A program made the translations under genes and the position numbers. The notes beneath the pieces were generated by a model, which did no database searches, was not told the origin of the DNA, and saw only the letters and a program-made list of their open reading frames with translations. From Ectobacillus antri (lineage in GTDB: Bacteria; Bacillota; Bacilli; Bacillales; Bacillaceae_G): a DNA stretch of 24,000 nt. The stretch lies in assembly GCF_003852715.1 (NCBI RefSeq), contig NZ_RIAV01000002.1, positions 304,296 to 328,295 of the forward strand. Reading direction: 5' to 3'. Shown here in pieces: positions 11,213-19,880 of this stretch (position 1 is its first letter; every line of letters begins with the position of its first letter).

Positions 11213-12400
11213 TTATAATTGTAGTAGATGACCAAGCTTTTCGTATTTGGTATGTAAATACGCCTCATTTTCCTTTTTGGCAGGAAATTGAAGTGGAACG
11301 CGTTCTACAACTTCCAAATCATATCCTTGCAAGCCTGCAATTTTGCGTGGATTGTTGGTGAGCAGGCGAATTTTACGAACACCTAAATCTTTTAAAATTT
11401 GAGCGCCAATGCCGTAGTCACGTAAATCAGCAGGGAAGCCAAGTTTATGATTGGCCTCTACCGTGTCATAGCCTTCCTCCTGTAACTTATAGGCACGCAT
11501 TTTATTTAAAAGACCAATGCCACGCCCTTCTTGCCTCATGTACAGAAGCACGCCGCCTTCTTGTTGAACTCGCTCCAACGCAGCATGTAGCTGCGGTCCG
11601 CAATCGCAGCGGAACGAATGAAATACATCGCCGGTTAAGCATTCTGAATGAACCCGAACCAGGACAGGGGTTTCAGAGGTAATCTCGCCTTTAATAATAG
11701 CAATATGCTCTTTATCATCGAGTGAATTAGAATAACCAATGGCGCGAAAGTCACCAAATTGTGTTGGTAGATGAATTTCTACTTCACGTGATACGAATGT
11801 TTCGTGTCGTCTACGATAGGCAATTAAATCTTGTATGGTAATCATTTTCAAGTTAAACGTCTTAGCGATGACTTGCAAGTCAGGAACACGAGCCATCGAG
11901 CCATCTTCGTTTATAATTTCGCATATGACCCCAGCTGGCGATGTACCTGCTAGCACAGCGAGGTCAACGGCAGCTTCGGTATGACCGGCGCGACGCAGAA
12001 CGCCACCTGCTTTTGCGATGAGCGGAAAAATATGCCCCGGACGTTTAAAATCTGCTGGTTTGCTGTCTTGTAGCATGGCGCGAATTGTCACGGCACGCTC
12101 AAAAGCGCTGATGCCCGTTGTTGTAGAGATATGATCAATACTAACAGTAAAGGCTGTACCGTGTGAATCTGTATTATGAGCGACCATGGGTTCAAGCTGC
12201 AGTGCTGCCGCATGCTCCTCAGTAATTGGCACACATACGAGACCGCGTCCATGCGTAATCATGAAGTTAATGGTTTCCGGTGTAATATGTTCTGCCAAGG
12301 CAATAAAATCCCCTTCATTTTCACGATCTTCATCATCGCAAACAATTACCGCTTTACCGGCGCGTAAATCCTCCAACGCTTCTTCAATGCTGTGAAACAT
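11213..12400 (-). CDS. ribBA: Bifunctional 3,4-dihydroxy-2-butanone-4-phosphate synthase / GTP cyclohydrolase II
   Basis: DHBP synthase N-domain ([11 protein letters not shown]) and GCH-II C-domain ([18 protein letters not shown]). Confidence 0.95.
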   Translation of the reverse strand: MFHSIEEALEDLRAGKAVIVCDDEDRENEGDFIALAEHITPETINFMITHGRGLVCVPITEEHAAALQLEPMVAHNTDSHGTAFTVSIDHISTTTGISAFERAVTIRAMLQDSKPADFKRPGHIFPLIAKAGGVLRRAGHTEAAVDLAVLAGTSPAGVICEIINEDGSMARVPDLQVIAKTFNLKMITIQDLIAYRRRHETFVSREVEIHLPTQFGDFRAIGYSNSLDDKEHIAIIKGEITSETPVLVRVHSECLTGDVFHSFRCDCGPQLHAALERVQQEGGVLLYMRQEGRGIGLLNKMRAYKLQEEGYDTVEANHKLGFPADLRDYGIGAQILKDLGVRKIRLLTNNPRKIAGLQGYDLEVVERVPLQFPAKKENEAYLHTKYEKLGHLLQL

Positions 12401-12412
12401 ACGCTATCCCTC

Positions 12413-13051
12413 CTAGTAAAATCCGTTTTCCCGCAAAAAGCTTTCCGTAAGAGAAGATTGAGCGGGAGATATTATGAATTTTTCAATATATTTGCCGACA
12501 AGATCACACTCTATATTGACGATATCACCAATCCCTTTACTCCCAAGAACGGATTTATCCAAGGTGTGTGGAATTAAAGAAACGGTAATAGATGATTCAT
12601 CAACCTTAAACAGCGTTAAACTAGTCCCATCTAGCGCGATAGATCCTTTTGTAATACAATACCGCAATAAATGAACAGGCAGAGAAATGCGATAGTATAC
12701 AGCGTTTGCCAAAGTGCGTTTTTCAAGAATTGTTCCGATGCCGTCTACATGTCCTGATACAAAATGTCCACCAAAGCGTCCGTTCGCTGCCATTGCACGT
12801 TCTAAATTTACGGAAGAACCTACTTGCAAGGTGCGCAGAGAAGTCGCTTTAACTGTTTCTGGCATCATATCTGCCGTGAAATATTGATTGGTAAATGAGG
12901 TAACGGTTAAACAAACACCATTTACAGCGATACTGTCACCAAGTCGTACATCGCTAAGAACACGCTCGGCTTGTATAGTGACTTGAACTGCTAACGTATC
13001 TTTTTGAATACGTACTACTGTTCCGATTTCTTCAATAATGCCTGTAAACAT
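12413..13051 (-). CDS. ribE: Riboflavin synthase alpha chain
   Basis: MFTGIIEEIG N-terminus. Start moved to ATG 13051, preceded by AAGGAGGAG. The ORF-track upstream Met lies inside ribD. Confidence 0.9.
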   Translation of the reverse strand: MFTGIIEEIGTVVRIQKDTLAVQVTIQAERVLSDVRLGDSIAVNGVCLTVTSFTNQYFTADMMPETVKATSLRTLQVGSSVNLERAMAANGRFGGHFVSGHVDGIGTILEKRTLANAVYYRISLPVHLLRYCITKGSIALDGTSLTLFKVDESSITVSLIPHTLDKSVLGSKGIGDIVNIECDLVGKYIEKFIISPAQSSLTESFLRENGFY

Positions 13052-14135
13052 AGTTCTCCTCCTTTCGACGTGCAATAAGCTTTATATCATCTCCCATTTG
13101 CTCAACAGAGGCAATATACAATTTAGGTGCATCCTGCAAGGAAAAACCGGTTCCGCCAAAAAATGTCGGTGCTTGCTGCCCACCTATTAAATGTCCGCTC
13201 ATATAAATGACTAACTGATTATACATATGAGATTCTATAAAACTAGCGTGTATTTGTGATCCACCTTCAACAAATAGAGAAGAAATGCCCTGTTCATACA
13301 GCACTTGTAATAAGTTTGGAACAGAAATTCTCTCTGTGGGCATTGACAGAATTGAAGCGTAGCTTTCATATTGTCTTATTTGTTCTTCAGAGACGCTAGC
13401 CCCGGTTACAAGCCAAGTAGGTGCCGCGTTGTCATGTAGAACTTTAGCCGAAAGGGGCGTCCGTAAATGGGTATCTAGGATAATCCGAATTGGATTTTTA
13501 CCACCATTTGGAAGACGAGTAGTCAAACTAGGATTGTCTGCAATAATCGTATTTACTCCAACCAATATGGCATCATGTTGGTGACGGTATTGATGAACAT
13601 CCATACGTGCTTGTGAACCTGTAATCCATTTACTTTCCCCGGTAGTAGAAGCAATTTTTCCATCTAGGCTCATTGCTGTTTTTAAAGTAACGTAAGGTTT
13701 TTTATGTTGTATGGTATGAAAAAAAATGTTATTTAGCTGTGTGGCCTCTTCGGCTAATAGTCCTGTTTCTACCATAATGCTGGCTTCCTGTAGCTTCTTT
13801 ATACCAGAGCCTGCAACAAGAGGGTTATTATCTTGCGTAGCTATAACAACACGTGCAATGCCACTTTGTATAATTTGTTCTGTGCATGGCGGTGTTTTAC
13901 CAAAGTGATTGCATGGTTCAAGTGTCACATATAATGTGGCTCCCTGCGCTTTTTCACCTGCCATTTGTAGTGCATGAACCTCGGCATGCGCCTCACCTGC
14001 CCGTAAATGGGCCCCCACTCCAACAATTTCACCATTTTTGACTACGACTGCCCCCACCATAGGATTGGGATTCGTTTGTCCATTTGTCGCGGATGCGAGC
14101 TGTAGTGCCAATTTCATGTAAGTTGTATCTGTCAT
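13032..14135 (-). CDS. ribD: Bifunctional diaminohydroxyphosphoribosylaminopyrimidine deaminase / 5-amino-6-(5-phosphoribosylamino)uracil reductase
   Basis: Deaminase zinc motifs HAEVHAL and TLEPCNHFGKTPPC, plus a reductase C-domain. First gene after the FMN riboswitch. Confidence 0.95.
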   Translation of the reverse strand: MTDTTYMKLALQLASATNGQTNPNPMVGAVVVKNGEIVGVGAHLRAGEAHAEVHALQMAGEKAQGATLYVTLEPCNHFGKTPPCTEQIIQSGIARVVIATQDNNPLVAGSGIKKLQEASIMVETGLLAEEATQLNNIFFHTIQHKKPYVTLKTAMSLDGKIASTTGESKWITGSQARMDVHQYRHQHDAILVGVNTIIADNPSLTTRLPNGGKNPIRIILDTHLRTPLSAKVLHDNAAPTWLVTGASVSEEQIRQYESYASILSMPTERISVPNLLQVLYEQGISSLFVEGGSQIHASFIESHMYNQLVIYMSGHLIGGQQAPTFFGGTGFSLQDAPKLYIASVEQMGDDIKLIARRKEENYVYRHY

Positions 14136-14572
14136 AAGACCACCTTCCCGTTAAAATAAAAAGCCCCTAAGGAATGTCCTTAGGGGCTTGAGAAGTGTGT
14201 TTTCAGAAATAGGAGAAAAGCGTACAACAAATAAGCCGATTATATCTGCGTTTTTTTGCAGACAATCAGTGCTGTGTCTCTCTATAAATACAAGTACGAT
14301 GTTCATATAGCAGTCATGACCACACAAAAAGAAACACTGTACAAACATACCCTACTAAAGATAGAAATGTTTAGCTTGTATTTATGTAAAAAGGCAGACT
14401 TCTCCTATAAAATTGAAAACAGAATCCTTCTCCCATCCAGACTATACTGTCGGTCCCGGATTTGCACCAGGTCCACCGCCGAAGCGGGTCACGGACTAAG
14501 AAGCAAAAGCTTCATCACCGCCGGTTGGGAATTTCACCCGACCCCGAAGGATATTGTTTGCTTGTTATTATA
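14136..14572 (-). promoter_or_regulatory. FMN riboswitch (RFN element) leader of the rib operon, with promoter and terminator
   Basis: The minus-strand aptamer (+14423-14554) reads CCTTCGGGGTCGGGTGAAATTCCCAACCGGCGGT...GTCCGTGACCCG...GGACCGACAGTATAGTCTGGATGGGAGAAGG. This is near-identical in its conserved cores to the B. subtilis ribD RFN. An extended -10 TGaTATAAT lies at +14567-14575. The terminator AGCCCCTAAGGA/TCCTTAGGGGCT (+14162-14189) has a U-tract just before the ribD RBS. Confidence 0.93.
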
Positions 14573-14725
14573 TCATAAAAAAATAGAATGAACAGAAAAA
14601 AGTATAATAATCTGAAAGTTTATATGCAGCTGCTCTTATGGAAAAAACTGATAGTATTAATTGACAAATAATAGATGTTTAGGTCATAGTGAATAGCAGA
14701 AAAGTGTGAAGAAAGAGGTAGATTT

Positions 14726-15109
14726 ATGAAATATATGGTAGTTGGTATAGCTGGCGCCGTTGGAGCGTTGCTACGATATGCACTAAGCTTGTATGTACAT
14801 ATACCTTGGCTGTTCGGCTTTCCTGTCGCAACATGGGTTGTGAATATGAGTGGAAGCTTTCTGCTGGCATGGCTTACAGCCCGAATATTTGAGCGACCAG
14901 ATATACATCCATATTTTGCACCCGCTGTTGGAACAGGTCTAGTGGGCTCATTTACAACGTTTTCGACTTTTAGTATGGAAGTAGTTACTTTATGGCAAAA
15001 TCAAGCATATTTATCAATGGGGATATATATGACAATGAGTGCATGGGGCGGGTTTTATATGGCTTGGCTCGGTTTTTATGTCGGGAAAAAAGAGATGGCT
15101 GTGTCATGA
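14726..15109 (+). CDS. crcB: Fluoride ion channel CrcB/FluC, subunit 1
   Basis: 127 aa, 4 TM, with the CrcB signature GSFTTFSTF. RBS AAGAGG. Confidence 0.9.
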   Translation: MKYMVVGIAGAVGALLRYALSLYVHIPWLFGFPVATWVVNMSGSFLLAWLTARIFERPDIHPYFAPAVGTGLVGSFTTFSTFSMEVVTLWQNQAYLSMGIYMTMSAWGGFYMAWLGFYVGKKEMAVS

Positions 15110-15456
15110 ACATACTGTTAGTAGCACTTGGGGGAAGTCTGGGAGCCGTTTTGCGATTTATGATAAGTAACGTAATTCTTGCAAGGTCTCGTTCTCATTT
15201 TCCCTACGGAACTTTAATTGTAAATTTTCTTGGTTCATTTCTACTGGGGATACTATTGTCTTATGGGGTACAAGAAAAGGAGCGCTTATTATTGGCGGTA
15301 GGGTTTATGGGGGCATTTACGACGTTTTCAACGTTTCAAGTTGAGTGTGTTAGGTTGTATCGAGAGAAACAATATAGAGTTGTATCATGGTATATTCTGA
15401 GTAGTTATATACTAGGCATCGGTGCAACATATTTCGGTTTTTATGTCGCGCATTAA
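15106..15456 (+). CDS. crcB: Fluoride ion channel CrcB/FluC, subunit 2
   Basis: MNILLVALGGSLGAVLRF N-terminus and GAFTTFSTF motif. ATG 15106 overlaps the upstream TGA (ATGA). The ORF-track start at 14992 lies inside the first crcB. Confidence 0.9.
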   Translation: MNILLVALGGSLGAVLRFMISNVILARSRSHFPYGTLIVNFLGSFLLGILLSYGVQEKERLLLAVGFMGAFTTFSTFQVECVRLYREKQYRVVSWYILSSYILGIGATYFGFYVAH

Positions 15457-15485
15457 AAAAGGTCTTGCGCGCAAGACCTTTTTTT
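15455..15485. terminator. Bidirectional terminator
   Basis: Perfect palindrome GGTCTTGCGCGCAAGACC (15461-15478), flanked by A6 and T7. It sits between convergent crcB and the CDGSH gene. Confidence 0.8.
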
Positions 15486-15498
15486 AATGCAGCTCTGC

Positions 15499-15711
15499 TT
15501 AGTCAGCTGGCTGATCTGGTGCGCGAACTACAGATTGGAATTTACCTTTATGAGCCCCGTCACAAAATGGCATGTTACTGGAAAGACCACAGCGACACAA
15601 AGAAAAAGCAGGCTTTGCAGGAAATGGATTGCCTGCGCCATCTAATAATTCTACATCACCGGTAATGCGAATAGAGCCGTTGTCGTTTACTTTTATTTGT
15701 ACCTTTGTCAT
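15499..15711 (-). CDS. CDGSH iron-sulfur domain protein (mitoNEET-like [2Fe-2S])
   Basis: The 70-aa protein contains CRCGLSSNMPFCDGAH, matching the C-x-C-x2-(S/T)-x3-P-x-C-D-G-(S/A/T)-H signature. Confidence 0.8.
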   Translation of the reverse strand: MTKVQIKVNDNGSIRITGDVELLDGAGNPFPAKPAFSLCRCGLSSNMPFCDGAHKGKFQSVVRAPDQPAD

Positions 15712-15930
15712 GTTTTCGCTCCTTATCCATTATACGTTATTGTTACATTGCTACTATGTACATATTTGTAAGCTTATGTCTATAGTATCATAATCCAGCT
15801 GATACATGTGTTATAATTTGATATATGTTTAGAATATGGGCTTATCATGTTACAATATATACTATTACGATTTATATTATTGTTGCTGTTGCACATAAGC
15901 ATACAATTTTATTGAACAAGGTGATAAGTC

Positions 15931-16173
15931 ATGAATGAAACAATGCATACACTCAAAAACGTTGCCGCTGAACGGACATGGGTATCTTTTTTACATAATG
16001 ATCATCCGTACAGTTTGTTGCACTGGTCGATTGCGGGCACGCAAACGGAACAAAAAGACATATGGTTATTACAAGATGAAGTATCGTTCGAAACAAAAGA
16101 ATTTCAGAATTTGGACGAAGCAATTTTATGGATTGGCCAAAATATGCATGTAATGGGGGACGAGCTCGCATAA
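15931..16173 (+). CDS. Hypothetical small protein (80 aa)
   Basis: ATG preceded by AAGGTGA. Non-repetitive acidic/aromatic composition. Family not recognised. It occupies a position analogous to B. subtilis yqkE, next to the yqkD-like hydrolase. Confidence 0.5.
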   Translation: MNETMHTLKNVAAERTWVSFLHNDHPYSLLHWSIAGTQTEQKDIWLLQDEVSFETKEFQNLDEAILWIGQNMHVMGDELA

Positions 16174-16181
16174 GCAGTCCC

Positions 16182-17087
16182 TCATTTGTCTATATATGCG
16201 GCTAAAAATCTGTCAATGGCTTCTTCATATGCTTCTGTGTTTTCTTCATACGATAATGCATGCGCACCATTTTCAGCTAAAAAGAGTTGCTTAGGACCTT
16301 GTTTTTGCTGATACAGTTCTTCTGTCATGGCCGCTAAAATGTAGTCGTCAGGTTTGCTGTGAATAAAAAGCACCGGATTTTTAATACAACCTACACAGCG
16401 AATAGGGGAAACCTCATCAATACGATAGCCATCTCTTATTTTTAACAGTGAACTAGCTAAAGGTAGCAAAGGCCAAGATGGAAGCTTAAATTCTACGTGT
16501 AAGCGATAAGAAAGCTGTGCACGAAAATCGGAGAAAGGACAGTCAGCAATATAAAAATCAGCCCCGTCTTCTATATCACCGGCATATTGAAGCAGTGTAG
16601 CGGCTCCCATAGATTCACCATGAATGCCGATAAGTTTATCAGCCCCGAATCTCATTTTTACCCAATCCACTACCGCTTTTAAATCATGTTTTTCGTAGTA
16701 GCCGTAACTGGTAGTCTTACCACCAGAACGCCCGTGTCTGCGATGATCATAGATAATTACATTGAACCCGCGCTTTAAAAACAAATTGCTGTACTTAATT
16801 GAATTGATTTTATTTACCGTCACCCCATGACAAAAAATCATATATTTATCAGCTTGCTTGGCTGGTATATAGTAGGCATGTATATTGTATCCGAATGGGG
16901 AGCTAATTAAAAATTCTTCTTTGGGCAGACTTTCAAAATCCTCTAATGTAAAATGTTTATTGGTTTCCCGTATTAAGATTTCTTCGTCAGTTTTTTTCTT
17001 GATGTACATAATCTTATTAGTGAAAAAATAAATTAATCCAAGCATTCCTCCGGTTAGAACCGCTAAAATGCGTACGATATTTCTCAT
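16182..17087 (-). CDS. Membrane-anchored alpha/beta hydrolase (YqkD-like)
   Basis: N-terminal TM segment, HG oxyanion context (FCHGVT) and nucleophile elbow GESMG. Confidence 0.75.
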   Translation of the reverse strand: MRNIVRILAVLTGGMLGLIYFFTNKIMYIKKKTDEEILIRETNKHFTLEDFESLPKEEFLISSPFGYNIHAYYIPAKQADKYMIFCHGVTVNKINSIKYSNLFLKRGFNVIIYDHRRHGRSGGKTTSYGYYEKHDLKAVVDWVKMRFGADKLIGIHGESMGAATLLQYAGDIEDGADFYIADCPFSDFRAQLSYRLHVEFKLPSWPLLPLASSLLKIRDGYRIDEVSPIRCVGCIKNPVLFIHSKPDDYILAAMTEELYQQKQGPKQLFLAENGAHALSYEENTEAYEEAIDRFLAAYIDK

Positions 17088-17240
17088 GTATCATCCCTCC
17101 GCCCTTATTTTACCAAAATAGACGTATAGAAGCGAACGAAAGTGGGTTAATATCGTGTAATATGTTGCATATATTTTATATGAAGTAGGTACATACTTCG
17201 TAATATAAAGTGCTCTAAAAGGAAAACTATCTATAAAAAC

Positions 17241-17422
17241 TATATAGGTACAACTAGAAAAACAGACATGGGGTGGGAAAGAAGGACAGGCAATGTATGG
17301 GTGCGGTCAGGGCCTAAGAGATACGTGTGTCAAGTAAGAACATACACACGTAGCGAAGCGTTCTGGAGCTGTGACTTTCTTGCTGTTTCTATGTCGAAAA
17401 ACTATGTAGACTTATATAGTAA
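17241..17422 (+). repeat. Non-coding structured repeat, copy 1
   Basis: Aligns by hand to 19881-20072, with about 20 substitutions over about 165 aligned nt plus two indels. Nested helices: P1 GACAT (17265-17269) with ATGTC (17391-17395). P2 AAGAAGGACAG (17279-17289) with CTGT-ga-CTTTCTT (17369-17381). P3 TACGTGTGT (17322-17330) with ACACACGTA (17344-17352). Confidence 0.8.
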
Positions 17423-17537
17423 CTCCTATGAAAGGGTGAGTCGTAATAGACTGTGTTAAAGCTAGATAGAGGTTATTAACAGGAACCTGTCATAGAAAAA
17501 ATAAATAGCATTTGAACATAGGCAAAGAGGTGAAGCT

Positions 17538-17969
17538 GTGAGGATAGGGGAGATTATTGAAAGGCTAAATAGAAAAGAATCGCTGGCCGTTATTGCGAAA
17601 CAAGTGGGACTCACACCTTACACATTGTCTAGAAGATTAAGGTTGCTTGGCTACGAATATGATCGTACGAAGAAGAAGAGAGTGTTTGTGGGAGAGGGAA
17701 AAGAGCCTCTGGAACATCACTTGTCCGATTTGCTTTCTTACCCGGCTACACCAGTTGACTATCAACGTCTTATGTACGAAGAACTGCAACAGATTCGCCT
17801 ATTACTTACAAAGCCGTTTTCTCCGCCTTCTATATATGAAGAGGTTATAAAGCGAAGAAGAACCTTTTCTATTAGCGAAGAGGTACTTACTAATTTAGAT
17901 AAACGAGCCAAAATGACTGGCAAAACAAAATCTCAGATAGTAGAAGAAGCGCTTAAAGAGTGGTTGTAG
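17538..17969 (+). CDS. DNA-binding protein with an N-terminal HTH and a C-terminal ribbon-helix-helix (CopG-like) domain
   Basis: HTH-like segment SLAVIAKQVGLTPYTLSRRLRLLG. The C-terminal RRRTFSISEEVLTNLDKRAKMTGKTKSQIVEEALKEWL has the strand-helix-helix pattern of RHH proteins. GTG start after AAAGAGGTGA. Confidence 0.6.
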   Translation: MRIGEIIERLNRKESLAVIAKQVGLTPYTLSRRLRLLGYEYDRTKKKRVFVGEGKEPLEHHLSDLLSYPATPVDYQRLMYEELQQIRLLLTKPFSPPSIYEEVIKRRRTFSISEEVLTNLDKRAKMTGKTKSQIVEEALKEWL

Positions 17970-18005
17970 GTATAAATATATAGATACAAAAATTGCTAGC
18001 CAAAG

Positions 18006-18064
18006 AAAAATCCGAACAATTAGTCGGAATTCTCTACACAGAATTCGATTGAGTTCGGATTTTT
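18006..18064. terminator. Compound bidirectional terminator
   Basis: Outer stem AAAAATCCGAAC (18006-18017) pairs with GTTCGGATTTTT (18053-18064). It encloses an inner stem GGAATTCT/AGAATTCG. It lies between two convergent genes. Confidence 0.6.
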
Positions 18065-18141
18065 CCTTTATGAGTGTTCGTTATTCTCTATTCTTTCGGC
18101 TTTAGAGTTACATGATGCAGTTATGTCCCGGCCTCTTTTTC

Positions 18142-19731
18142 TTAGTTTTTCACTTGAATACGTCCTTCAATTTGAGCGGAAACAGGTTCCTTGGATGCTT
18201 TTACATAGTTTACAAGTGCATCTAAATCCACTGGACCTGGCACGATGTTTGTTGCCCTTGTGAATGGTGTAAATCCGTCACCACCGGCAGCGATAAACGC
18301 GTTTGCCACAACCGTATATGTTTTCTCGTCAGTTACCAACTCGCCGTTTGATAGTTTAATATCCAGAATGCGAGAACCTATTGGTGCGGCAGCATCCCAA
18401 GTATAGGTCATACCTGAAATTTGAAGCATACGTGTTTTACCTACTTGCCATTGCATATTTAAAATGTCACGAATATCTTTACCTGTTAACGTGAGCTTAC
18501 GCAGCTCGTTACCAAACGGTTGAATGTTGTATAATTCACCCCACGTGATGTCGCCTGCATCTAAGTCATTACGGATACCACCTGGATTCATCAAGGCGAT
18601 ATCACCATTCATCGCAAGGCGCTGTGCATCAGCAATTAGATTACCTAGAGCAGATTCTCCTGCCACGCTTTGCGTACGATTCATAGCAGTCGCCGATTTA
18701 CCTACAACTTCGTTTACAAGTGGAGCAACCTGTTGTGCATATTGATCTACCATAGCTTTAATCTGCGGGTCGGGTTGAATCGCATCGCGATATGTGGTAA
18801 CGACTTCGCCTTTTTTCGCTACAACATCCTTTGTTTTGCGATCAATCGTTAAATCAACATCTACAAAAGCAGAGCCGTAAGAATTACCCTGAACCAAAAG
18901 CTTTCCGTTAACTGTACCGTTTACGTAGGCGTGATTATGACCGCCGAAGATTACGTCAACTTCTTCATCTGTTTTATACGCAAGATCAACCATCTCGCCA
19001 GTCGTATTGCCTGATGCATCTGTTACGCCCGGATTGTGAGCGAGCACCACAATGGTTTCAACTCCCATACGCTTTAATACTTTCGCGTATTTGTTAATTG
19101 CTTCCGCTTCATCTGTAAATGTCACGTTTTCAATCATTGTTGGCATAACAATATTTTGTGTATCTTTTGTTACAACCCCAATAAAGCCGATTTTTACGCC
19201 ATTTACATTCTTTACAGCGAACGGAGGCAATAGAGGTTGACCTGTTTTCTTATCCACTGCGTTTGCTGCAATATATGGGAAGTTTGCACCTTCAAAGTTT
19301 CCAGTTTTCTCGTGATATCCACCATAAATAAGTCGTTTTAATTCTGTTACACCTTCATCAAATTCATGATTACCCAATGTTCCAATATCAAAGCCTAGTG
19401 TGTTTAAAATATTGATCGTTGGTTCATCTTGTAACAAAGCTGAAATAGGAGGGCTACCTCCAACCATATCGCCAGCATGTACTAATAGAGTATTAGGGTT
19501 TTGTTTTTCGCGTTCACGTATGTAAGCTGCTAGATAGTCTACACCACCTGCTTCTCTACCATTTACTTTTGTAACTGTAGTCAATTGACCATGAAAATCG
19601 TTAATTCCCAATAATTGAACGTCAATGTTACGATGATCGGATTGGCTATTTTGATTGGCTGGCGCGGCCGTTACTGTGGAGACAGCTAATGCACTCGTTA
19701 ATGCGGCAACCGGAATGACCTTTTTCCACAT
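18142..19731 (-). CDS. Secreted bifunctional metallophosphatase/5'-nucleotidase
   Basis: Signal peptide (MWKKVIPVAALTSALAVSTVTAAPA). Calcineurin-like motifs INDFHG, GDMVGG and GNHEFD, plus a 5'-nucleotidase C-terminal domain. RBS AGGGGGAA. Confidence 0.85.
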   Translation of the reverse strand: MWKKVIPVAALTSALAVSTVTAAPANQNSQSDHRNIDVQLLGINDFHGQLTTVTKVNGREAGGVDYLAAYIREREKQNPNTLLVHAGDMVGGSPPISALLQDEPTINILNTLGFDIGTLGNHEFDEGVTELKRLIYGGYHEKTGNFEGANFPYIAANAVDKKTGQPLLPPFAVKNVNGVKIGFIGVVTKDTQNIVMPTMIENVTFTDEAEAINKYAKVLKRMGVETIVVLAHNPGVTDASGNTTGEMVDLAYKTDEEVDVIFGGHNHAYVNGTVNGKLLVQGNSYGSAFVDVDLTIDRKTKDVVAKKGEVVTTYRDAIQPDPQIKAMVDQYAQQVAPLVNEVVGKSATAMNRTQSVAGESALGNLIADAQRLAMNGDIALMNPGGIRNDLDAGDITWGELYNIQPFGNELRKLTLTGKDIRDILNMQWQVGKTRMLQISGMTYTWDAAAPIGSRILDIKLSNGELVTDEKTYTVVANAFIAAGGDGFTPFTRATNIVPGPVDLDALVNYVKASKEPVSAQIEGRIQVKN

Positions 19732-19880
19732 GTAGTATATTCCCCCTACTTATTAGTTTGACATTATACGACATTTATTTTAATAGATTTATAGAGATTA
19801 AACCACATAATTTTCATTCTTTTTTAAATATTTACAAAAAATTTTCTAATAGTTAACAAAACTTATAGAAGATATTTTAG

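Noticed and set aside
14239-14265. Perfect TATAAT (minus sense, +14239-14244) with TTGTCT 15 nt upstream, inside the rib leader downstream of the aptamer
   Set aside because: The spacer length is suboptimal. A transcript from here would still meet the terminator without the aptamer-borne antiterminator. It is most likely a chance AT-rich match. It is covered only as part of the long-platform finding.
14256-14591. 111-aa plus-strand ORF, and the 65-aa minus-strand ORF at 14151-14348
   Set aside because: Both lie within or antisense to the FMN riboswitch leader of ribD. Their sequence is dictated by the aptamer and terminator, and neither has an RBS.
14592-14725. Expected fluoride riboswitch upstream of crcB
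   Set aside because: I searched by eye for the conserved crcB-motif cores on the plus strand and found none. The absence is reported as a finding rather than as a feature.
15712-15930. AT-rich 219-bp divergent intergenic region between the CDGSH gene and the 80-aa gene, examined for sRNA or extra promoters
   Set aside because: Several TATAAT-like and TTGACA-like hexamers occur (e.g. TGtgTTATAAT). No hairpin, terminator or conserved motif supports a discrete feature.
17268-17459. 63-aa ORF (MGWERRTGNVWVRSG...) inside repeat copy 1
   Set aside because: Copy 2 has no start codon at the equivalent position and a 1-nt indel breaks the frame near the end. Differences between copies fall about equally on codon positions 1, 2 and 3 and are mostly non-synonymous. 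There is no RBS. The conservation is better explained by nucleic-acid structure.
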